64,000 nucleotides of DNA from a virus: positions 47,143 through 111,142 of the IMG/VR virus record IMGVR_UViG_3300031784_000013; one strand, written 5' to 3'. Below, piece by piece: positions 57,441 through 64,000 of this stretch. How positions within the stretch are numbered: position 1 is the stretch's first letter; the number at the start of each line of letters is the position of its first letter. A program made the position numbers and the translations under genes. The notes below the pieces were generated by a model. That model saw nothing but the letters and a program-made list of their open reading frames with translations. It made no database searches and had not been told where the DNA came from.

Positions 57441-57813
57441 CTTTTCTCATCTGTTCTCTAATCTCTGTTGCAGATATGGCTTTAACTTCCTCTGGGGGAA
57501 CATGTTCTATTACATCATAACCAACACCTCTACCAATATTGATTGATTCAATGTTAGGTATTTTCATAATGCTAAGCTTACCAGATTCAACTAGATCCTT
57601 TAACTCAACAGACAAGTTAATAAGTATCTCTTGTGCTGTCCAAGGATTTCTTTCATCTACAGGAACATCTCTTATACATAGCAAAACTTTCTTGTCTTCA
57701 TTTAAAGCTTGATCAATTAGCCATCTGTGTCCTGTGTGCCAAGGTTGCCATCTACCAATGAACATTGCCCATTCTCCTGATTTGCCAGAAGCTTTTGCCA
57801 ATAAGTTTTGCAT
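57427..57813 (-). CDS. HxGH nucleotidyltransferase (cytidylyltransferase-like / minimal ATP-sulfurylase candidate); probable start MQNLL
   Basis: FIGRWQPWHTGH; GRGVGY; ISATEIR. Confidence 0.75.
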   Translation of the reverse strand: MQNLLAKASGKSGEWAMFIGRWQPWHTGHRWLIDQALNEDKKVLLCIRDVPVDERNPWTAQEILINLSVELKDLVESGKLSIMKIPNIESINIGRGVGYDVIEHVPPEEVKAISATEIREQMRKDGKL

Positions 57814-58556
57814 ATAGTTAACGCTGTTTTTAATGAATGTTGAGGTGCCCATCCAGGCATCCAATGTCTTGGATCACTACATGTGTAGAATTGATATCCT
57901 TCTGGTATAACTGACGCATCATGATAAGTGTATTCAATCCCTAATGCTTCTGCAATATATTCAAAGCTATGTGCAGCTCCAAGTCCCACATCATATTTAT
58001 TTCCTGAAACAACATCGTAATGTGCTAAGGCATAGAGGTTAGCAGATATTATATCCTCTACATATACGAAGTCACGCTTAGGTTCACCAGGAAAAAGTTT
58101 AGCACTTCCTGCTTTCATCATTTGATAAGCCATAGATGACATTGCACCTTTGTGCTCTTCTCCTGGCCCATAGACATTAAAGTATCTAAGAGCTACACCA
58201 CCATTACTGATTACATATTGCTCAGCTACATACTTACTCCAACCGTATAGATTAGATGGATGACTACCATTAATTCCATAGGATGCAGCAGAAGAAGAAT
58301 ATACGATGGGTTTTCTATTCAGCTTACACCAGTCTGTTAATAGCTTTGTAGATTCAAAGTTGACAGTCATCATGTAGTTGACATCTTTCTCTAAAGTGTT
58401 TGAGCATGCTCCTACATGAAAAACAACATCTGGTTTGTGCTCGTCTAACCATTCAATTGTAGCAAGTGCATCTTCATTAATCTCTAAAGGATTGTCGAAA
58501 TGCATCTTTAGGTTACCCCCTATGAAACCATTAGTTCCTGTGATTAATACTTTCAT
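57717..58556 (-). CDS. hldD: ADP-L-glycero-D-manno-heptose 6-epimerase-like SDR
   Basis: TGTNGFIG, FHVGACSNT, YSSSAASYG, YGWSK, LRYFNVYGPGEEHKG.M.S, YQFYT. Confidence 0.88.
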   Translation of the reverse strand: MKVLITGTNGFIGGNLKMHFDNPLEINEDALATIEWLDEHKPDVVFHVGACSNTLEKDVNYMMTVNFESTKLLTDWCKLNRKPIVYSSSAASYGINGSHPSNLYGWSKYVAEQYVISNGGVALRYFNVYGPGEEHKGAMSSMAYQMMKAGSAKLFPGEPKRDFVYVEDIISANLYALAHYDVVSGNKYDVGLGAAHSFEYIAEALGIEYTYHDASVIPEGYQFYTCSDPRHWMPGWAPQHSLKTALTICKTYWQKLLANQENGQCSLVDGNLGTQDTDG

Positions 58557-59299
58557 GGTGTGCTCACGCCTCGTTTAGATACAACAATAGAACACATCTC
58601 GTTAGCGAAGGTGATGGAGTTTGCAATATCTTCCCCTTGTAAATATCTTACAGCAAACGCTGCAAGGAATGTATCTCCAGCTCCTGATACATCTATTGTT
58701 TCTTTTGCTTGTACAGGATAGAGAGTGTTCATATACTTAGCCCCTTTGTTTCCTAGTGTAGCAATCATCTTTGATAACAGCACTACTTCACTGGTTTGAT
58801 TCTTGTTAAACTCTTCCTCGTTAAGCTTGACAAATGTGTAGGCTAGAATTGTTTCTGGAGACAGTTTCTTTTTTGTATCTAGAAAACTTTTATCAGCAAG
58901 TGTGGCTATTTCATAAAGCATTTCTTCTGTAAGGAAGCCTTTGTTATAGTCAGACACAATTACAGCATCAGCCTGTTTGATTAATTGTTTCCTACTTTCT
59001 GTTAGCGTGAACTGTGACATAGTTTCATACTCTTCCTCATCCACTCTAAGAAACATGTGATTGCTCGACTTATCTACATACCTGGTCTTCACTATCACTT
59101 CTTGCTGATGAATACAATCAATCTCATATTCATTTGTAATAGCCTTTATGTTTCTTTCAACATTACCAGCCATTCCTTTTGACACATGTTTTTCTATAGG
59201 TGTGAATACAGGAACAGGAGCTTCAGGACTTAACCTTTTGCATTCTCCGTAAATAAAAACATCGTGACAGAGTTCACCTATTACTACTATCTTTTTCAT
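58553..59299 (-). CDS. hldA: D-glycero-beta-D-manno-heptose-7-phosphate kinase (RfaE domain I)
   Basis: RLSPEAPVPV, GMAGNV, KTR, SDYNKG, DVSGAGDT. Confidence 0.9.
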   Translation of the reverse strand: MKKIVVIGELCHDVFIYGECKRLSPEAPVPVFTPIEKHVSKGMAGNVERNIKAITNEYEIDCIHQQEVIVKTRYVDKSSNHMFLRVDEEEYETMSQFTLTESRKQLIKQADAVIVSDYNKGFLTEEMLYEIATLADKSFLDTKKKLSPETILAYTFVKLNEEEFNKNQTSEVVLLSKMIATLGNKGAKYMNTLYPVQAKETIDVSGAGDTFLAAFAVRYLQGEDIANSITFANEMCSIVVSKRGVSTP

Positions 59300-59675
59300 A
59301 TTCTAGTATTGATGTAGTGGACATGTTATCCACCCTATCGAAATATATAATCTTTGGTATAAACTCAGCTCCTACAATTCTTTTACCCTTGTAATCAGAG
59401 CCAATGACCATTGCATCTGGTTCATACAATCTAATCTGTTCTACTAGTTCCTCCTCACTGTCAAACCCCACAACATCATTTACAAAACGTAGAGATGTTA
59501 GGAATTCTTTTCTGTGATTAAAACAGTTAAAGGGTCTTGTAGAACCCTTTAGCTTCTTTATCCTATCGTCTGCATCTATCCCCACTCTAACATGTCCAAT
59601 GCTTGATGCATGTTGCAATAGCTTCAAGTGTCCTATGTGTAACACATCAAATGCTCCATTCACCCATATCTTCAT
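59274..59675 (-). CDS. hldC: Heptose-1-phosphate adenylyltransferase (RfaE domain II)
   Basis: NGAFDVLHIGH, KLKGSTRP, GSDY, STT. Confidence 0.88.
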   Translation of the reverse strand: MKIWVNGAFDVLHIGHLKLLQHASSIGHVRVGIDADDRIKKLKGSTRPFNCFNHRKEFLTSLRFVNDVVGFDSEEELVEQIRLYEPDAMVIGSDYKGKRIVGAEFIPKIIYFDRVDNMSTTSILEYEKDSSNR

Positions 59676-59974
59676 ATCTCTTCTATCCGTTTTGTTTTAT
59701 CACAGATGAGTAAGTCATAGGATGGTTTGTGGTTCATGATCACCTCACTATACTTACAGTTCCAGTCGCTAAGCTGTTTCACTGTCAAACTAGTGTGGTC
59801 AATTTTAGATGATTGTCCTCTAGCAGTCCAGTAAACTATCTTATGCCCCTCATCGAATAAAGCATTAATCTTATCAATGTTCTCTAGTATAGGAGTGGAG
59901 TGTTGATAGTTGCTTCCTTGCGTGTGGCAGATGGTACCATCTATGTCTACATAAATAACTAATCTCCCTTCCAT
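59672..59974 (-). CDS. Small HAD-family phosphatase
   Basis: YVDIDGTIC, WTARG, KP.YD..ICDK. Confidence 0.8.
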   Translation of the reverse strand: MEGRLVIYVDIDGTICHTQGSNYQHSTPILENIDKINALFDEGHKIVYWTARGQSSKIDHTSLTVKQLSDWNCKYSEVIMNHKPSYDLLICDKTKRIEEI

Positions 59975-60348
59975 ATCCTGTAGCTATCTGAATCAAAGTG
60001 CTCTGTGCTCACTTCAAATATCTCCCCATCTTCCAATGCCTCTAGTTGATGAGGAGTTCCTGGATGTTGTGTTACAACATCCCCAAAATTCAAGTAAGTA
60101 ATATGAGTCACTCCTTTTTCTGTATCTATCCAACGATAGATGAATGTTCCCTTATTGACATACCAGGTTTCTTGCTTAAGTATGTGATAGTGCATTGAGA
60201 ACTTACATCCAGCTTTGAACACTAATATCTTTCCACAATACTTTTCAGAATTGTGTATGATGAGTTCATGTCCCCAACCTTTGGGTATTTTGCATTCAGA
60301 GCACTCGTGAACGTTTTTGATTGACATACTGATTGACTTGTTTAACAC
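59959..60348 (-). CDS. Cupin sugar-isomerase-like protein (mannose-6-P / D-lyxose isomerase-like)
   Basis: KGWG.E, YCGK, SMHYH..K.ETW, PH, EVST.H.D.DSYR. Confidence 0.8.
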   Translation of the reverse strand: MLNKSISMSIKNVHECSECKIPKGWGHELIIHNSEKYCGKILVFKAGCKFSMHYHILKQETWYVNKGTFIYRWIDTEKGVTHITYLNFGDVVTQHPGTPHQLEALEDGEIFEVSTEHFDSDSYRIWKGD

Positions 60349-60739
60349 ATTCTTCTACTAACAGATCTGATGTATTTAAAGAGAGGGCATTCTCTTCCAA
60401 TAAATTTAATTCAAAATCTTTAACATGAAACTGTTCTCTACCCCTAGTATCATCGTAGTGTAAAAATACCCAGGCTACATCTTCAGTAAGGCTATTAAGA
60501 TAGTCTCTAGCTTCTTTATATGGATAAACAAGAGACAAGGTAACATCATCTTCTTGACTGTTTAAGTAGTGGGCGATATCACTCGCTCTATTTAAATTTT
60601 TAATTCGTCCCTCTCTACTGTAATCTTTATTAGCAAATAACTCTCTAAGCTCATCACCATCTATGTTTTTGTACGTAGAGAATTGCTTTGCTAATGTTGT
60701 CTTTCCACTATGTGGTTGACCAAAAAAAACAAGTATCAT
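60296..60739 (-). CDS. cysC: Adenylylsulfate (APS) kinase-like
   Basis: GQPHSGKTT, IDGDELR, DYS.EGR..N. Confidence 0.75.
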   Translation of the reverse strand: MILVFFGQPHSGKTTLAKQFSTYKNIDGDELRELFANKDYSREGRIKNLNRASDIAHYLNSQEDDVTLSLVYPYKEARDYLNSLTEDVAWVFLHYDDTRGREQFHVKDFELNLLEENALSLNTSDLLVEECVKQVNQYVNQKRSRVL

Positions 60740-61536
60740 GGTATAATGTGATTAAATTCTTCAAATTTTTCTTTAGGGATGCATGCACAGTCAAGACATT
60801 TACCACTCTCTGTTTGATATGGTATACCTTCTTGAAATTGTTTTACTACATATCCTAATGATTCTATCTTAGCTTTTAGTTGTTCTCCTGATGTTCCTTG
60901 TTCTTTGAGTAAGTGGTCTTCAAACTCTATGAACATGTAAGGTCTATGTTTATTAATAGTTTCTTTAGCACCATCAATAACACGCGATTCGTATCCTTGC
61001 ACATCTATTTTTATAAATGCAATGTCATTAAACGTATAACTATCCAAAGTTCTTTGCTGAACTGTGTCTCCTTCATAGTTACCAACTCTTACATCTCCAA
61101 AGTTAACTTCTTGTTTGCTGTGGTAGTCAGGAGTCTGTATAATAACTTCTTCATCAATACCATCTCCAATTGCTAAATTATAGCAATATACATTGTCTAA
61201 TCCATTAAGGAATACATTAGAACACAATTGATAATAGATGATGCGTTGTGGTTCAAAACTAAACACTCTACCATGGTCACCAACTAAATGAGAGAAGTCT
61301 ACAGCAAAGTTACCATTATTAGCTCCTATATCAATAATATCTTTCCCTTCACAATCTATTTGATTTCTATCAAGGAAATCAAACATATACTTCTCATACT
61401 GCCACCCCTGTATAATAGAACTTGTTACAGCATTATCATTAGGAAATAATGCATACGTTAGTCTATTAGTCTGAAAAGCATTTTTAAAGTCCTTTTTATC
61501 AAGTTGATATAAGCCTATTTGAAACTTTGTTTTCAT
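60736..61536 (-). CDS. FkbM-family methyltransferase
   Basis: IDIGANNG, SFEPQ, IKIDVQGYE, RP...IE. Confidence 0.9.
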   Translation of the reverse strand: MKTKFQIGLYQLDKKDFKNAFQTNRLTYALFPNDNAVTSSIIQGWQYEKYMFDFLDRNQIDCEGKDIIDIGANNGNFAVDFSHLVGDHGRVFSFEPQRIIYYQLCSNVFLNGLDNVYCYNLAIGDGIDEEVIIQTPDYHSKQEVNFGDVRVGNYEGDTVQQRTLDSYTFNDIAFIKIDVQGYESRVIDGAKETINKHRPYMFIEFEDHLLKEQGTSGEQLKAKIESLGYVVKQFQEGIPYQTESGKCLDCACIPKEKFEEFNHIIP

Positions 61537-62357
61537 TACTTGCTGTATCTAAATCGATCGTAGAACCATTTATAATTAGTGTAAATCCAATCTGTAACAT
61601 CCTTACCTAATAGTTGTTTAGCTTTAGAAGGAACAGGCTCTAATTTAGTTCTGATAACATGATCACCAAATGTACCATACACCTCATCATCTTCTTTTGT
61701 TACCTGCTCTATATTATCAAAGTCATGTTGGAAATGAGGTATTTCTAAGTATCTATATATCCTCATCATCTCTGTATCAGGGTATAGGCAAAGGTCTTCA
61801 AATTTTACAAACAACATCTTGCTATCTAGGCCCATTCTAAATATCTCAGAAAGTCTTTCAAAAGCTAGTCCTACAGGAGGTTGCTGTGCCCAGATATCTA
61901 TTCTCTTAGGAACTGTTGTTCCTTGTCCTTTAGACCAATCTAATATATCAGATTGTTTCTCTGGGTGCTTTCTAAAGTTATTCTCCATAGAAGCAAATAT
62001 ATCACGTGGATCTCTCACCATACATATAATCTTTGGATCTTCTCCTTGTACAAACTTCAGGAAGTCATAATGTATCCCCCATCCTCTACTCTTATCTACA
62101 ACATATTTCTTATGTGTAATAGCATTGTAAAAAGCGTCCATACCAGCTTTAGCAAAAGCTTGCCAACCTACTTTCATCAGCTCAACATCTTGTGCTTTAA
62201 ACTCAGGAGAATTAGTATAATTTGCACGTGCTCCAAATATAAGTTCAAGGACACCACTTGTAGGTGTAGCATATACATCAGGGTTTTGAGCCAAGATGTT
62301 TTGCAATAATGTGCTTCCAGCTCTAGGTAGAGAACTTTGGTAAAATATTTTATCCAC
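61536..62357 (-). CDS. Sulfotransferase
   Basis: LPRAGSTLL 5'-PSB loop; DKSRGW; VRDPRDIFAS 3'-PB; FEDL. Confidence 0.9.
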   Translation of the reverse strand: MDKIFYQSSLPRAGSTLLQNILAQNPDVYATPTSGVLELIFGARANYTNSPEFKAQDVELMKVGWQAFAKAGMDAFYNAITHKKYVVDKSRGWGIHYDFLKFVQGEDPKIICMVRDPRDIFASMENNFRKHPEKQSDILDWSKGQGTTVPKRIDIWAQQPPVGLAFERLSEIFRMGLDSKMLFVKFEDLCLYPDTEMMRIYRYLEIPHFQHDFDNIEQVTKEDDEVYGTFGDHVIRTKLEPVPSKAKQLLGKDVTDWIYTNYKWFYDRFRYSK

Positions 62358-62363
62358 GTTGGT

Positions 62364-63230
62364 TTATTTTAAAGAGTCAATTACATTTTTTACATTAAAT
62401 ATTTCAGATTCGTTATTGTAAGGGAACTCAATAGGATCTCCTCCAATGTTGTACTTACTTAAATACGCATTACGTAACTCAGGAGACGTAGTTTCTGGGT
62501 TGGCTATAACGTTTGTATGTATATCATAACCAAACACATTAGGACTATTAACAATCCACAACACTGTAGAAGGCTTGTTGAGAGCAGCTGCTGCATGTTG
62601 ACCAAAACTATCCATTAACAATCTCTTCTCACTCAAGGTGATAAGAACTAGTAATGCTCTAAATGTATCAGATACACCAAATGTTCCATCATATTTTATT
62701 TGGTCATCTCTCCTGATATGTACAATGTTATACTGCTCCTTAAATTCATTAATAACATTTTCTATTAGGTAGCCAGGAATGTCTCTAGCCCATGAATACT
62801 TTTGTTCTGACTCAGCACCACCGTTAGTTTGCATCAAAAAAATAGGTTTATCAGAAACAAATTTCTTAGAGAAGAAATCCACTTCTCTTTGTGTAAGAAA
62901 TAGTTCTCCAACAGTTCTGGTAACTGGTAAATCATACAATTTACACCATGTTTCAATAAGATGCTCTTCTTGCTTAATATGCTTTGCTTCTAAATAGGGA
63001 TCATGTCCAAATACTATAACTTCTTGGTTCTCAATGTATTCTTTGTAGAAATATGCCTGTTGACCAAACGCATAAGCTCTATCAACATTTTTGTTTCCAA
63101 GAAACACTTCAGGATATCCTGACACAACAATTAGTTTGTCGTTTGGATACTTCTCTTTGATAGAAACACAAATGGCAGTACCAGCAATCACCTTGCCAAT
63201 ACCGCCATTGATTTGAAATATGATATTCAT
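62364..63230 (-). CDS. GT9-like (ADP-heptose-type) glycosyltransferase
   Basis: GGIGK N-terminal loop; DSFGQHAAAAL.KPS.VLW; FGY..H.N. Confidence 0.75.
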   Translation of the reverse strand: MNIIFQINGGIGKVIAGTAICVSIKEKYPNDKLIVVSGYPEVFLGNKNVDRAYAFGQQAYFYKEYIENQEVIVFGHDPYLEAKHIKQEEHLIETWCKLYDLPVTRTVGELFLTQREVDFFSKKFVSDKPIFLMQTNGGAESEQKYSWARDIPGYLIENVINEFKEQYNIVHIRRDDQIKYDGTFGVSDTFRALLVLITLSEKRLLMDSFGQHAAAALNKPSTVLWIVNSPNVFGYDIHTNVIANPETTSPELRNAYLSKYNIGGDPIEFPYNNESEIFNVKNVIDSLK

Positions 63231-63249
63231 ATAAATTTAGTTTTATTAA

Positions 63250-63281
63250 TAAAGTTAATTAACCCTAGTTAAACAACCAAA
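63250..63281 (-). promoter_or_regulatory. Bacteroidota-type promoter TTTG-N20-TAACTTTA for the glycan-modification operon
   Basis: Plus strand TAAAGTTA 63250-63257 and CAAA 63278-63281, 19 nt upstream of the ATG at 63230. Confidence 0.5.
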
Positions 63282-63282
63282 T

Positions 63283-63501
63283 TTATTTACTAATCTCTGC
63301 TAAATGAACATCTAACTCTGCAATCTTTGCTACTAATTCTGCTGCTTTCTCTTCATCAGATTTAGCTGCCTCTGCTGCTTTCCTAGCTTCTTCTTTAGCT
63401 TGGACATCTGCTAGATAAGCCTGTATTTTAGCTTCTCTAGCTTGTTGAATTTCTTGTTGTTTAGCTTCTAATTGAGCTTGTAATTCTTGTAAGGTTGCCA
63501 T
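63283..63501 (-). CDS. Small coiled-coil protein
   Basis: 72 aa, A/E/Q-rich helix. Confidence 0.65.
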   Translation of the reverse strand: MATLQELQAQLEAKQQEIQQAREAKIQAYLADVQAKEEARKAAEAAKSDEEKAAELVAKIAELDVHLAEISK

Positions 63502-63604
63502 TTTTTTTGTTTTTTAAGTTTTAAAATTATTATTCTACATCATTAACTTCTGTGCCATTCCAAGCATCTAAAGCTAAGGGATTGATTTTTGCGTATAGCA
63601 TAAT

Positions 63605-64000
63605 TTATTTGTTTAAGATTAATTGTTCTAATTTACTAATTCTATCTTCTAAAGATATATTTTTTTCTGCTAATTCTTGAATAGCTTTTGTTAATATAGG
63701 AATTATTTGATTTGGGTTTAAACTTAATGCTGTATTTTCATCATTTGATTCTCCTACAGCTTCAGGTATAATTAATCTAACTTCTTGAGCAATAAATCCT
63801 AGTTGTTTTCTGTATCCTCTTGTTTTACTTGTTTCTTCATTCCAATTAAAACTAACAGGATTTAATTTTTTAACATCTCCTAATCCATATTCTATATTGC
63901 AAATATTTGTTTTTAATCTACCATCAGAAAAAAATGGTATTATTTCACCACCTGCACCAATTTCTAATCCAAATCCAACAAATGGAGCAAGATTATCTGC
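63605..64000 (-). CDS. Tail fibre C-terminus with peptidase S74 intramolecular chaperone (partial)
   Basis: Hand-translated: SDGRLKTNI...LNPVSFNW...GFIAQEV..IIPEAV...KAIQEL coiled coil. Confidence 0.88.
   Translation of the reverse strand, partial: ADNLAPFVGFGLEIGAGGEIIPFFSDGRLKTNICNIEYGLGDVKKLNPVSFNWNEETSKTRGYRKQLGFIAQEVRLIIPEAVGESNDENTALSLNPNQIIPILTKAIQELAEKNISLEDRISKLEQLILNK

Noticed and set aside
57717-57813. Programmed frameshift or fusion between hldD and the HxGH nucleotidyltransferase
   Set aside because: The ~97-bp overlap is explained by a C-terminal run-on; no slippery site was seen and both ORFs are complete
1-64000. Stop-codon reassignment (TAG/TGA), known in some crAss-like phages
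   Set aside because: Core genes are full-length in code 11, TAG and TGA both end well-defined genes, and no suppressor tRNA is seen
1-64000. Prophage/host boundary, integrase, reverse transcriptase/DGR, or virion RNA polymerase
   Set aside because: None recognisable in this window; the glycan island is flanked by phage genes on both sides and shares phage promoter style, so it is not host DNA

Overview
This window is 64 kb of an AT-rich dsDNA bacteriophage genome in the standard genetic code. It has crAss-like (Crassvirales-related) architecture and most likely infects a Bacteroidota host, judged from TTTG-N19-21-TAnnTTTR promoters and A-rich leaders without Shine-Dalgarno sites. From 1 to 13.7 kb (minus strand) is the head/packaging module: TerL, portal, probable scaffold, major capsid, head-tail and other structural proteins. 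From 13.7 to 15.1 kb is a strand-switch region with several large structured non-coding elements. From 15 to 43.8 kb (plus strand) are small early genes, a tRNA-like RNA, a GH24 lysozyme, and replication/recombination genes (PolB, DnaB, SF2 helicase, primase, UDG, rIIA/B, PD-(D/E)XK nuclease, RecA, MazG), ending in two GT2 glycosyltransferases and a methyltransferase. From 43.8 to 55 kb are Lys-rich small proteins with recurring xxxGG motifs, tRNA-Thr(UGU), an amidase flanked by palindrome arrays, lysis genes and mucin-like poly-Thr / Gly-Thr-Ser proteins. From 55 to 63.3 kb is a glycan-modification island, followed by the end of an S74 tail fibre gene. The most striking inference is a self-contained phage protein O-glycosylation system. 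It would comprise an ADP-heptose pathway, an Aah/TibC-type protein O-heptosyltransferase, a plant HPAT/SGT1-like peptidyl O-glycosyltransferase placed between poly-Thr mini-proteins, a putative PAPS/sulfotransferase branch and methyltransferases. Candidate acceptors are Ser/Thr-rich virion proteins encoded in the same genome. All family calls are from motif recognition by eye; no database searches were run.
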